A stretch of 61,361 bases of DNA, counting the filler. It is 3 parts of 3 records of this genome, joined end to end, with 100 filler letters (N's around TTAATTAATTAA, not from the genome) between each part and the next. Parts side by side here need not be neighbours in the genome. Positions count along the whole stretch, not along the records: positions 33,914 to 61,361 come from SRR20825019_519; 2 more parts are not named here. One strand, written 5' to 3'. Below the pieces are notes generated by a model. It was not told where the DNA came from. It made no database searches and saw only the letters and a program-made list of their open reading frames with translations. A program made the position numbers and the translations under genes. Of the stretch, positions 33,814 through 43,687 are shown piece after piece; within the stretch, counting starts at the first letter, position 1, and each line of letters starts with the position of its first letter.

Positions 33814-33913
33814 NNNNNNNNNNNNNNNNNNNNNNNNNNNNNNNNNNNNNNNNNNNNTTAATTAATTAANNNNNNNNNNNNNNNNNNNNNNNNNNNNNNN
33901 NNNNNNNNNNNNN
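33814..33913. other. Artificial contig-joining spacer
   Basis: 44 N + TTAATTAATTAA (33858-33869) + 44 N. Confidence 0.98.
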
Positions 33914-35141
33914 TCATTTTCATGCAGATTTTGTGAGTGGTCATGTTACGCTTTCAGAGCAAACTGGAGCACCTATAATATATGGGCCAAAAGCTAATCC
34001 TACTTTTAAAGCTACAATTGCAGAAGACAATCAAGTGTTTAAACTTGGCGATGTTACAATTACAGCACTACATACGCCAGGCCATACTATGGAGAGTACT
34101 ACCTATTTATTAAAAGATGAAAACGGTAAGGATCATGCAATTTTTAGTGGCGATACACTTTTTTTAGGTGATGTGGGCCGTCCAGATCTTGCTCAGAAAT
34201 CTAATGAAGTTACTCAAGAAGACCTTGCAGGTATTTTGTTTGACAGCCTTCGGAATAAAATAATGGTTTTAGACGATGATGTTGTTGTATATCCAGCACA
34301 CGGTGCAGGTTCAGCCTGTGGAAAAAACATGATGAAAGAAACGGTAGATACATTGGGCAACCAAAAACAAATGAATTATGCGTTACGAGCAGATATGACT
34401 CGTGAAGAATTTATAAAGGAAGTTACAGATGGTTTGGCACCTCCGCCTTCCTATTTTCCTATGAATGTGAAAATGAATCGTGAGGGCTACACGAATTTTG
34501 ATGAAGTTATTGCTGAAGGAACAAAACCATTAGATCCAGAGATTTTTGAAAAAATTGCGAATGAAACAGGCGCAATCGTTTTGGATGTTCGTCACCAGTC
34601 AGAATATATAGAAAGCCATATTCCTCGTTCTATTTTTATAGGTTTGGACGGAGGTTTTGCACCTTGGGTTGGCGCTTTATTGGCAGATGTATCCCAAAAA
34701 ATTCTTTTGGTGGTTTCACCTGGTCGCGAAGAAGAAGCAGTTACACGTTTATCTAGAGTGGGCTTCGACAAAACCCTTGGTTATTTAAATGGTGGAATTG
34801 ATGCCTGGAAAAATAGTGGAAGAGAAATTGACACGCTAGAATCTGTTAATGCAGAGGTTTTAAAAGCAGAATTGGAGCAACATGTTCCTGTTTTTGATGT
34901 TCGTAATGATGGCGAATTTTCTAATGGTCATCTTTCTGACGCAGTACATACACCACTTGGTTTTTTAAATGATTATTTGAATGAATTTCCAAGTGATGAA
35001 AAATTTTACATCCACTGTGCTGGGGGGTATCGTTCTGTTATCGCAGCTTCAATATTAAAAAGTCGTGGAATCCATAATTTGGTAGATGTGGCAGGTGGGT
35101 TTGCAGCAATTAAAAATGCTGGTATTCCTGTTGTAGCATAG
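33914..35141 (+). CDS. MBL-fold persulfide dioxygenase-rhodanese fusion (5' truncated at the contig start)
   Basis: The contig begins in HFHADFVSGH; it also has TPGHT, FSGDTLFLGDVGRPDL, PAHGAGSACGK and the rhodanese motif HCAGGYRS. Confidence 0.9.
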
Positions 35142-35159
35142 TATATCTTTAATATTTAG

Positions 35160-35194
35160 AAAGCCCCAAAGCATAATGCTTTGGGGCTTTTTTT
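35160..35194. terminator. Intrinsic terminator between convergent genes
   Basis: AAGCCCCAAAGCA-TAA-TGCTTTGGGGCTT followed by a T tract. Confidence 0.8.
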
Positions 35195-35232
35195 GCCTTT
35201 TTCTTCTTCATATTATTCATTTCCTATTCTTC

Positions 35233-35706
35233 TTAGGCAAGATCTTCAAGTGTTTTTACTCTACTTAATGTATTGTGGATTTCAGAAGCTTGTCTTTGCA
35301 CAACATCCGATATGTTTGGAGGGAAGTTTTCGTTTTTCAACTTCTTGCTGTATTCTTCCCAGCTTGCTTTTTCACCTCGGATACATTCTTCCAGAACAGC
35401 TTCATCTTCATTCCCTGATACAGCACTCTTTATATCTATCCAAGTGCGGTGAAGATCGCCTGTTAGACTTCCGCTTTCTTTTGGTTGTTCGTTAAGATTG
35501 CGAATGGTTTGGGATAGTTCATTTGTAAAACGGCTTCTTTGAGCTGCTTGTTGTTGTAGAAAAGTTTTTAACCTTGGGTTTTTAGCATCTTTCATAGCTT
35601 TAGAAAACCCTTTTTCAGCGTCATAATTTTTTTCTAAAAGCTCTTGAAGATTATTTACCAACTTATCATGGTTGTTCTCTTTTGCTTTTTCAATTGTAGT
35701 TTTCAT
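35233..35706 (-). CDS. PA2169/DUF2383 ferritin-like four-helix-bundle protein
   Basis: LLEKNYDAEKGF, GDLHRTWIDIKS and ECIRGEKAS motifs. Confidence 0.88.
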   Translation of the reverse strand: MKTTIEKAKENNHDKLVNNLQELLEKNYDAEKGFSKAMKDAKNPRLKTFLQQQAAQRSRFTNELSQTIRNLNEQPKESGSLTGDLHRTWIDIKSAVSGNEDEAVLEECIRGEKASWEEYSKKLKNENFPPNISDVVQRQASEIHNTLSRVKTLEDLA

Positions 35707-35893
35707 AGTTTATGTTTTTTTAATTTATATAAAGATACTGTTGATAATAGAGAAAGATTCTTATAGAACTCTTAATTAAGAAGGGTTTAACGGGAGTTGT
35801 TAATTTTTTTTCATTTTGAAGTCTGAAGTAATAAAATAATATTAAAGTCAATTTCTCACATTAACATATTGCTTAACTTTCAATAAAAAAAAT

Positions 35894-37093
35894 ATGGATA
35901 TACGTTCAAATGAACCCTTTTGGCTTATTAAAAATTCCCTTCCAGAAAGCTATCCGTCCATCCAAAAATCACTATCAACAGAGGTTTTAATTATTGGAGC
36001 TGGAATAACTGGAGCGTTAATGGCTTTTAAACTTATAGAAAGCGGGAAGAAAGTTATTTTGGTAGATCGTCGTGATGTTGCAAATGGTAGCACAGCCGCG
36101 AGTACTTCTATGCTTCAATATGAAATTGATGTTCCATTGCATGAATTAATTAAGCAAGTGGGGTTAACATGTGCAGTTTCTAGCTATCAAAATTGTGAAA
36201 AAGCAATTAAAGACTTAAAAAGTATTTGTGATAAAGTGAAAAGCAACTGTGGATTTGTATTTAAAAAAAGTATCTATTTCACTTCAACAAAAAAGGATGT
36301 TTCTTTTCTTAAAAATGAATTTGAAGTAAGAAGCAAGCATGGTTTTGATGTAAAATGGTTAGCTAAAGAAGCTTTAGAAAAGCTTGGTTTAAAGGCGTTC
36401 GCAGCAATAGAATCTAAATCTGGCGCTGTTATGGATGTATATAAATTAACAAACGATATTCTAAAATACTGTAGTGAAAAAGGATTGGAAATTTATGATC
36501 GCACCGAAATTAAAGAGGTGAAAACTAAAGATAATTGTATAATTGCAAGTACTCAAAATGATTTTACAATTAAAGCGATTGATGTAGTTCACTGCACCGG
36601 ATATGAAAGTACTGAAACCATAAAAGAAGATATTGTATCCTTAAAAAGTACATTTGCATTGGCATCAGAAGCATATACTAAATTACCAAATGCTTTTAAA
36701 AACAGAATCTATTGGAATACTGATTCTCCGTATTTATACTTCCGAAGTACTGAAGATGGACGAATTGTAATGGGTGGTGGTGATCGTGATTTTAAAAATG
36801 CCACGCGAAGGGACTCACTTCTTCCAAAGAAAGAAAAGGAATTACAGAAGAGTTTTAAAAAATGCTTTCCAAATATCCCATTTATAGTTGATTATTCTTG
36901 GGCGGGTACTTTTGGAGAAACAAAGGATGGATTGCCATATTTTGGTAAGCCAAACCCTGATGTTAGGGAGCATTACATACTTGGTTTTGGGGGTAACGGT
37001 ATTACTTTCAGTGTAATGGGGATGGAGGCGCTGTTAAGCTCAATTGACGATAATCCCCATCCTTTTTTAGAATATTATAAATTTAATAGATAA
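35894..37093 (+). CDS. FAD-dependent oxidoreductase (DAO/PuuB-like)
   Basis: IIGAGITG, GSTAASTSMLQYEID, WAGTFGETKDGLP and GFGGNGIT motifs. Confidence 0.88.
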   Translation: MDIRSNEPFWLIKNSLPESYPSIQKSLSTEVLIIGAGITGALMAFKLIESGKKVILVDRRDVANGSTAASTSMLQYEIDVPLHELIKQVGLTCAVSSYQNCEKAIKDLKSICDKVKSNCGFVFKKSIYFTSTKKDVSFLKNEFEVRSKHGFDVKWLAKEALEKLGLKAFAAIESKSGAVMDVYKLTNDILKYCSEKGLEIYDRTEIKEVKTKDNCIIASTQNDFTIKAIDVVHCTGYESTETIKEDIVSLKSTFALASEAYTKLPNAFKNRIYWNTDSPYLYFRSTEDGRIVMGGGDRDFKNATRRDSLLPKKEKELQKSFKKCFPNIPFIVDYSWAGTFGETKDGLPYFGKPNPDVREHYILGFGGNGITFSVMGMEALLSSIDDNPHPFLEYYKFNR

Positions 37094-37116
37094 ACTATAA
37101 TTGTAAATTTAAAACT

Positions 37117-37638
37117 ATGGAAAAACTATTTGAAGCATCACCTAATTCTTTAATTTTAATAGCACTCTCGATCATAGGAATTTATATAGCAACTATACTT
37201 TTTACACGATTTGCAGGCAAACGAAGTTTTTCTAAAATGAGCAGTTTTGATTTTGCAATGACTGTAGCTATTGGTTCCATTGTTGCTTCTACAGCCTTAA
37301 CACAATCCATTAGTTTGTTGCAAGGAGTTGTGGGATTGGCGCTTGTATATATACTTCAAATATCGATAGCTATGTTAAGAAGGTATGATTTCGTTCAAAA
37401 ATTGGTAGATAATACACCCATGCTTTTAATGGATGGTGAAAAAATTCTTTATCAAAATCTTAAAAAAGCACGCGTTGCTGAAACAGATTTACGATCTAAA
37501 CTTCGTGAAGCAAATGTTTTAGAACTTTCAGAAGTACGTGCAGTAATATTTGAAACTACTGGCGATATCAGCGTACTTCATACTAAAGACACTTCTGTTG
37601 AGGTTGATAACTGGCTGTTAAAAGATGTAACACAATAA
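37117..37638 (+). CDS. DUF421/YetF membrane protein
   Basis: GKRSFSKMSSFDF and AVIFETTGDISV motifs. Confidence 0.88.
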   Translation: MEKLFEASPNSLILIALSIIGIYIATILFTRFAGKRSFSKMSSFDFAMTVAIGSIVASTALTQSISLLQGVVGLALVYILQISIAMLRRYDFVQKLVDNTPMLLMDGEKILYQNLKKARVAETDLRSKLREANVLELSEVRAVIFETTGDISVLHTKDTSVEVDNWLLKDVTQ

Positions 37639-37658
37639 AAAAAAGCCTTAAACATGAA

Positions 37659-38039
37659 CTAATCTTTTGTTGTTGATAATACTTCAAGTTGTCTAAATTT
37701 CACAATTTTTTCTATTAACGTCCAAGGCATTTCTTCATTTAAAGGAAATTGAATAGAACCTTTGCCTGTTTTATATATAGAAAGGTCTTCTTTAAAAGCG
37801 GTGTTTCCAGAAGGTAGCGCATAAAATCCTATATGGTTTTTATAGCCGCCAAAATAAACTAAAGGCTTTCCATTTAGCTTAAATGCAGGCATTCCATAGC
37901 TTATATTTTCTTTAGCGTTGGGAACTGATTCTTTAATTATAGCTCGAAATTTATTGAGTATTACTTGGGTTTCAAAAGGAAATTGAGCAATATACTCATC
38001 AGGAGTATTAGGTGTTTTTGTTTCAATTTTATTTGTCAT
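37659..38039 (-). CDS. DUF1801/YdhG-like protein
   Basis: ISYGMPAF, KNHIGFY and GKGSIQFPL motifs. Confidence 0.85.
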   Translation of the reverse strand: MTNKIETKTPNTPDEYIAQFPFETQVILNKFRAIIKESVPNAKENISYGMPAFKLNGKPLVYFGGYKNHIGFYALPSGNTAFKEDLSIYKTGKGSIQFPLNEEMPWTLIEKIVKFRQLEVLSTTKD

Positions 38040-38088
38040 TACTATTTACTTTCTGAGTAATTAAATTAAGAAGAAATAACGTTTTTCA

Positions 38089-38655
38089 TTAAAGATGCTT
38101 TAGGATTTTTTTTGCCCTAGCTTTATATCCAGCACTTTGGCGGTGAATATTTTCTTGTAAAATAACTTTTAATTCTGGGTGAATCCATTCAATTTCATTT
38201 CCTAAATAATAAAGGGATAACATAGCATGTGCTTGGCAAGCTACTTTTTTATTGGTAATTAACCAATCAAAAGAACATTCTGTCATGATGTTTTTGTGAC
38301 TTTCTTTTAAAGAGTTTATAACCAAAGTTTCTTTGTTTTTGTAACACCGAATAGTCAATAGCTCACATATTTTTGCCAAAGAACGCAATGCAGATTCATG
38401 CGTTACTCTTGGAAGATTTTCAAAAAAATAATCAAGATGCGGAAGTAATAATTGAATCTTATCAATGCATACAAACTCCAAAACCCAAGCCGCTTTAAAA
38501 TTTATATCGCCGTCGTTTTTAAAACAAAATTCAAGTAGCTCGGGTAAACATTTTGGATTAGAAAGCACCCAATGCGCAGCTTCCAAACGGTTTTTTCGGT
38601 AAGCTTTTAGGTAGTTTAGTTTTTCAAATAAATTTTCCGGAGCCATTTTACTCAA
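38089..38655 (-). CDS. Conserved Flavobacteriaceae HEAT/ARM-like helical protein
   Basis: KAAWVLE, CSFDWLI, KVACQAHAM, WIHPELK and SAGYKAR; overlaps the cobB end. Confidence 0.65.
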   Translation of the reverse strand: MSKMAPENLFEKLNYLKAYRKNRLEAAHWVLSNPKCLPELLEFCFKNDGDINFKAAWVLEFVCIDKIQLLLPHLDYFFENLPRVTHESALRSLAKICELLTIRCYKNKETLVINSLKESHKNIMTECSFDWLITNKKVACQAHAMLSLYYLGNEIEWIHPELKVILQENIHRQSAGYKARAKKILKHL

Positions 38656-39328
38656 TTTCAGCTATCAATTTTACAACTTTTGGAACCCCAGTTGAAGCAT
38701 TTTCAGGAAAAACAGTGATTCTTTTGGTTTCTGATATAGATGGTTTTGGGTCTACAAAATAAATAGGTGTATTCTCTTTTGAATATTGCACCAAGCCAGC
38801 CGCAGGATATACTTGCATGGAAGTTCCCACAATGATAATACTATCTGCTTGTGCCACAATTTCAGCAGCTTTTTCAATCATAGGTACCATTTCACCAAAC
38901 CAAACAATATGTGGACGAAGCTGATGGTTGTTTTCACAGCAATCGCCTATGTTTAAATCTTTACTCCAATCTAAGACCAAATCTTCATTAAAGGTGCTCC
39001 GCACTTTTAGTAATTCCCCGTGAAGATGGATAACGTTAGTGCTACCAGCGCGTTCATGCAAATCGTCTACATTTTGTGTAATAATTGTTACATCGTGTGT
39101 TTTTTCAAGTGCTGCTAAAGATTTATGTGCTAAATTTGGTTGCACTGTTAAGAGTTGTTTTCTTCTTTGGTTGTAAAAATCCAGTACCAAAGCAGGATTG
39201 CGTTGAAAGCCTTCTGGAGAAGCAACTTCCATAACATCATGCCCTTCCCAAAGACCGTCGCTATCTCTAAAAGTATTTATGCCACTTTCTGCGCTCACGC
39301 CAGCGCCTGTTAATACTGCGATTTTCAT
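38648..39328 (-). CDS. cobB: NAD-dependent protein deacylase (sirtuin)
   Basis: GAGVSAESG, TQNVDDLHERAG, HLHG, RPHIVWFGE and GTSMQVYPAA motifs. Confidence 0.93.
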   Translation of the reverse strand: MKIAVLTGAGVSAESGINTFRDSDGLWEGHDVMEVASPEGFQRNPALVLDFYNQRRKQLLTVQPNLAHKSLAALEKTHDVTIITQNVDDLHERAGSTNVIHLHGELLKVRSTFNEDLVLDWSKDLNIGDCCENNHQLRPHIVWFGEMVPMIEKAAEIVAQADSIIIVGTSMQVYPAAGLVQYSKENTPIYFVDPKPSISETKRITVFPENASTGVPKVVKLIAEIE

Positions 39329-39412
39329 TTTTATATTTTAAACATTGCACTGCTAACCGTTACTGCCAACTGCGTACTATTGATTATCTTCGCTTAAAAT
39401 TAAATATTTTCT

Positions 39413-40078
39413 TTGGATTTAGCATTGTTACAATACCTACAAACGTACCTGACGGAGCGTAGAAAAAACCTTTTTCAGAAAGTTCTTTCAGATAGAACAC
39501 GTCATTTTACGGTGGTTACAGAAGATGTATATCAACTTCATAACACTAGTGCAGTAATGCGAACTTGCGATGTTTTTGGAATCCAGGATTTGCATGTGGT
39601 TGAAGAAAAGGTAAGCAAGCGGATTGATAAAGAAATTGCAATGGGCGCACAAAAATGGGTCGATTTTAAAAGATATAGTTCCATAAAAGATTGTATTTCA
39701 AACTTAAAAAACTCAGGATATCAGATTATTGCGACTACGCCACACACCAATTCTACGATGTTGCATGATTTTGATGTTACCAAAAAAAGTGCTTTTTTCT
39801 TCGGAAAAGAAACCGATGGATTGAGTGATACAGTGATGAATGCAGCAGACGGATTTTTAAAAATCCCGATGTATGGTTTTACCGAAAGTTTAAATATTTC
39901 TGTTTCTGCGGCAATTATACTGCAAAGTGTGGTTTCACGAATGAAGCAAACAAATATTGATTGGCAACTTTCCGAAGCAGAAAAATTTGAAATTGAAATG
40001 CAATGGCTTCAAAAAACCATTAAAGCTTCAGATGAAATTATTGAAAGATATATTGCTGAAAAAACAGCCAATAAATAA
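39413..40078 (+). CDS. trmH: TrmH/SpoU tRNA methyltransferase
   Basis: HNTSAVMRTCD, FGKETDGLS and IPMYGFTESLNISVS motifs; TTG start. Confidence 0.88.
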   Translation: MDLALLQYLQTYLTERRKNLFQKVLSDRTRHFTVVTEDVYQLHNTSAVMRTCDVFGIQDLHVVEEKVSKRIDKEIAMGAQKWVDFKRYSSIKDCISNLKNSGYQIIATTPHTNSTMLHDFDVTKKSAFFFGKETDGLSDTVMNAADGFLKIPMYGFTESLNISVSAAIILQSVVSRMKQTNIDWQLSEAEKFEIEMQWLQKTIKASDEIIERYIAEKTANK

Positions 40079-40132
40079 ATTTTTAATACTCAATCCAACG
40101 AATTCTCAATATTAAATACTCAATTCTAAATT

Positions 40133-40705
40133 ATGAAACTCGTCTTCGCTACCCATAATAAAAATAAATTCACTGAAGTAAAAGCAATGCTTCCACACCA
40201 TATAGAATTGTTGAGTTTGGATGATATTGGCTGCAATGATGATATTGAAGAAACTGGAGAAACCATTGAAGACAATGCTATTTTGAAGGCAAATTACGTG
40301 CGTGATACCTATAATTTAAACTGTTTTGCGGACGATACAGGTTTAGAAGTACAATCTTTAAACAACGAGCCGGGGGTTTATAGTGCGCGATATGCGGGTG
40401 CTTCTCACGATTCAAATGCAAATATTAAAAAATTACTTTCTAATTTAGAAAGTAAAGAAAATCGTTCTGCAAGATTTAAAACAGCTATTGCACTTTCATT
40501 GGACCACGAAGAAGTTATGTTTTTAGGTATTTGTGAAGGGGAAATAATTAACGAATTGCGTGGCGACTCAGGCTTTGGCTACGATCCAATTTTTCAACCC
40601 AAAGGTTTCGATAAAACGTTTGCAGAAATGACACTTCAGCAAAAAAGTGAAATAGGCCATCGTGGAAAAGCAATGCGCAAGTTGATCGATTATCTCTCTA
40701 AATAA
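40133..40705 (+). CDS. rdgB: Non-canonical purine NTP pyrophosphatase (Ham1)
   Basis: FATHNKNK, ADDTGL, PGVYSARYAG, GFGYDPIF and HRGKA motifs. Confidence 0.93.
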   Translation: MKLVFATHNKNKFTEVKAMLPHHIELLSLDDIGCNDDIEETGETIEDNAILKANYVRDTYNLNCFADDTGLEVQSLNNEPGVYSARYAGASHDSNANIKKLLSNLESKENRSARFKTAIALSLDHEEVMFLGICEGEIINELRGDSGFGYDPIFQPKGFDKTFAEMTLQQKSEIGHRGKAMRKLIDYLSK

Positions 40706-40892
40706 GTTGGCAGTATTCAGTTGCAGTTTATAGCTAAAGCTAACACGGATTATTGAGGCTTGTGTGGTTTCAAATTGCAGGTTTCCTTGGCGGTTTTCAC
40801 TAATTACCAAAACTACTGACTGCCACTACAAACGGTAACTTTTTAAACATTTCACAAAAAACTGCCAACAACCGCTGCTAACTGAAAACTTT
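40706..40892. repeat. Degenerate 6/7-nt ACTG-core tandem repeats in two inverted blocks
   Basis: agttggc agtattc agttgc agtttat ... actactg actgcc ... actgcca acaacc gctgcta actgaaa; a similar block lies at 39345-39378. Confidence 0.55.
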
Positions 40893-40896
40893 AGCT

Positions 40897-41045
40897 TACT
40901 TTTGCGCCCTTGAAAAAGCCATAGTTTATAACTTGGTTTTTTTAAGAAAAATCCTCAGGGTGAGGAGTGTTATAGTGAAGCTGTCCGTTTATTATATGTC
41001 CAGTAGCTTCCCATTAGCACACATATAAAAACTTTATTAAATAAA
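40897..41045 (+). promoter_or_regulatory. deaD promoter (-7 TACTTTTG) and long structured 5' leader
   Basis: TAnnTTTG at 40897-40904; three hairpins at 40913-40943, 40952-40966 and 40967-41020. Confidence 0.55.
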
Positions 41046-42890
41046 ATGACAGCATTTAAAGCACTCGGCTTAGAAGAAAATCTTCTTAAAGCCATCGCCG
41101 ATATGGGTTTTGAAACTCCTTCGGAAGTACAAGAAAAAGCAATTCCAATTCTTTTAGAGCGTGAAACCGATATGGTTTCCTTAGCACAGACAGGAACAGG
41201 AAAAACCGCAGCATTTGGTTTTCCAATGTTGCAAAAAATAGACGTAAACAGTCGCACAACTCAAGGACTTATTCTTTCTCCAACGCGCGAACTTTGTCTT
41301 CAAATTACAAACGAAATGATAAGCTACGGTAAATACATGCCAGGGCTTAATGTTACTGCTATTTATGGTGGTGCAAGTATTACAGATCAAGCGCGCCAAA
41401 TTAAAAAAGGCTCGCAGATTATAGTTGCTACACCTGGGCGAATGAAGGATATGATTGGCCGTGGGTTGGTAGATATTTCTAAAATTGAATATTGCGTTTT
41501 AGATGAAGCCGATGAAATGCTTAACATGGGCTTTTATGAAGATATCACTGAAATTCTTTCACATTCTCCAAAAGACAAGAGCACGTGGCTATTTAGCGCT
41601 ACAATGCCGAAAGAGGTTTCTACGATAGCTAAAAAGTTTATGCACACACCGGTAGAAATTACTGTGGGTACAAAAAACGTGGGTTCAGACCAAGTTACGC
41701 ATGAATATTATTTAGTTAACGCACGCGATCGTTACAATGCCTTAAAGCGTTTGGCAGATGCAAATCCAAATATTTTCTCAGTAATTTTCTGTAGAACAAA
41801 ACGTGATACCCAGAAAGTTGCCGAACAACTTATTGAAGATGGGTATAATGCAGCGGCAATTCACGGAGATTTAAGTCAAAACCAACGAGATTTGGTAATG
41901 AAATCTTTCCGTGCACGCCAAATACAAATGCTAGTTGCAACAGATGTTGCGGCTCGTGGAATTGATGTAGACGATATTACGCACGTTATAAATTACCAAT
42001 TACCAGACGAAATTGAAACCTACACACACCGAAGCGGACGTACAGGACGTGCTGGTAAAACTGGGGTTTCAATAGTTATTGTTTCTAAAAGTGAAGTTAG
42101 AAAGATAAGAAGCATTGAAAAAATTATTCAAAAGCAATTCGTTGCAAAAGAAATTCCTTCGGGAATGGAAATTTGTGAAGTACAAATGTTTCACTTAGCA
42201 AATAATATAAAAGATACACCGATAAACCACGAAATTGACGCGTATCTTCCAAATATCAATGAAGTTTTAGAAGGTTTCACAAAAGAGGAACTTATTAAAA
42301 AAGTATTTTCAGTTGAATTTACACGCTTCTTAAATTACTATAAAAATAGTAAAGACCTTAATGTTTCTGGAGAACGTAATTTTTCAGAAGAAGATTCAAA
42401 AGATAGTACGCGTTATTTTGTGAACATTGGTAATAAGGACGATTTCGATTGGATGAGTTTAAAAGATTTCCTTCGTGATTTACTTCAATTAGGAAAAGAT
42501 GATGTTTACAAAGTAGATGTAAAAGATAGTTTTTCATTCTTTAATACAGATACTACCCACCAAGAATTGGTGATGGGCATTTTTAAAGATTTTAAGCTTG
42601 ACGGCAGACAAATTAATATTGAAATTTCTAAAGACACTGGCCGTAAAAGTAGAGGCGGCGGTGGCGGCGGACGCGATCGTGGTAAAAGAAGAGGTGATAG
42701 AAGTGATCGTGGAGGCTTTAAAGGAGATCGTGGGGATCGCGGAGATCGCGGTGACCGAAAAGGTGGTTTTAAAAAACGCAGCAGTAGTTCAACTGGTGGA
42801 GACAAACCCGCTTTTAAAGGTAAAAGCCGAAGAAGTAGCGACCGTCCAGACACAAAAGGAACTGGTGGAAGACGTAGAAGAAGGGATTAA
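41046..42890 (+). CDS. deaD: DEAD-box RNA helicase with DbpA-type RNA-binding domain and RGG/GDR-rich tail
   Basis: AQTGTGKT, PTREL, DEAD, SAT and HRSGRTGRAG motifs. Confidence 0.93.
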   Translation: MTAFKALGLEENLLKAIADMGFETPSEVQEKAIPILLERETDMVSLAQTGTGKTAAFGFPMLQKIDVNSRTTQGLILSPTRELCLQITNEMISYGKYMPGLNVTAIYGGASITDQARQIKKGSQIIVATPGRMKDMIGRGLVDISKIEYCVLDEADEMLNMGFYEDITEILSHSPKDKSTWLFSATMPKEVSTIAKKFMHTPVEITVGTKNVGSDQVTHEYYLVNARDRYNALKRLADANPNIFSVIFCRTKRDTQKVAEQLIEDGYNAAAIHGDLSQNQRDLVMKSFRARQIQMLVATDVAARGIDVDDITHVINYQLPDEIETYTHRSGRTGRAGKTGVSIVIVSKSEVRKIRSIEKIIQKQFVAKEIPSGMEICEVQMFHLANNIKDTPINHEIDAYLPNINEVLEGFTKEELIKKVFSVEFTRFLNYYKNSKDLNVSGERNFSEEDSKDSTRYFVNIGNKDDFDWMSLKDFLRDLLQLGKDDVYKVDVKDSFSFFNTDTTHQELVMGIFKDFKLDGRQINIEISKDTGRKSRGGGGGGRDRGKRRGDRSDRGGFKGDRGDRGDRGDRKGGFKKRSSSSTGGDKPAFKGKSRRSSDRPDTKGTGGRRRRRD

Positions 42891-42977
42891 CTTTTTTAGT
42901 TAGAAGTGCTTTTGTTTAAAGAAAATGAATACTCCTTTTAAACTTTAGCATCACTTTAACGTCTATATAATTATATT

Positions 42978-43012
42978 TACGGGCCTTTAGTAAAGAGGCC
43001 CGTATTTTTTTA
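42978..43012 (+). terminator. Intrinsic terminator after deaD
   Basis: TACGGGCCT...AGGCCCGTA followed by a T tract. Confidence 0.7.
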
Positions 43013-43017
43013 AGCAT

Positions 43018-43623
43018 ATGCAAACCTTCAATTTTCTGCAGGAATATACACTGGAAAACGATTGCGTTCGGCTCAGTCCGTTGCAATATCAAGATATTGA
43101 TAAATTACTTCATTTTTCAGAGCAAGAACCTGAACTTTGGAAATATTCACTGCAACCAGCAAATGGTTTAGCGAATCTAAAAACTTATGTAGCCTTTGCG
43201 CTTCAGAGTAGAAAAGAAGAAACTTCTTATCCTTTTATTGTGTTTGATAAACGTACGCAGGAGATTGCTGGTAGTACTCGTTTTTATGATTTTCAGAAAC
43301 AGCACAATACTATTCAACTTGGTTATACCTGGTATGGCAAGAAATTTCAAGCGACAGGACTCAATAAACAGTGCAAGTTATTGATGTTAGAATTTGCTTT
43401 TGAAACCCTAGGTTTGAATCGTGTAGAGTTTCGCGCAGATGCTACAAACGCACGAAGTATCGCAGCAATGAAAAGTATTGGTTGTACTGTTGAAGGTATA
43501 TTACGAAGTAATTGCGCAGCATTAAATGGCAGAAGAGACAGTATAGTTTTAAGTATATTAAAAGAAGAGTGGTTTGGTGGTGTAAAGGAGAATTTGATGC
43601 TTAAACTACACACGATAACCTAA
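43018..43623 (+). CDS. GNAT acetyltransferase, RimJ/RimL family
   Basis: IAGSTRF, LGYTWYG, RVEFRADATNARS and EGILRS motifs. Confidence 0.9.
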   Translation: MQTFNFLQEYTLENDCVRLSPLQYQDIDKLLHFSEQEPELWKYSLQPANGLANLKTYVAFALQSRKEETSYPFIVFDKRTQEIAGSTRFYDFQKQHNTIQLGYTWYGKKFQATGLNKQCKLLMLEFAFETLGLNRVEFRADATNARSIAAMKSIGCTVEGILRSNCAALNGRRDSIVLSILKEEWFGGVKENLMLKLHTIT

Positions 43624-43687
43624 ATAAAATTGAAAATGCAAGGAACATTTCACTTCACTGAAATTTTTCCTTATATTAAAACCTTGT

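Noticed and set aside
38089-38655. 'Adenylosuccinate lyase' label I recall being attached to this family
   Set aside because: It is far too short and lacks the fumarase/ASL signature.
38648-39328. Sirtuin as an anti-phage SIR2 (Thoeris/DSR) effector
   Set aside because: It is a standard-length CobB deacylase with the catalytic HG motif in housekeeping context.
42640-42770. 9-nt GGAGATCGY tandem repeat
   Set aside because: It encodes the ordinary GDR/RGG disordered tail of the DEAD-box helicase.
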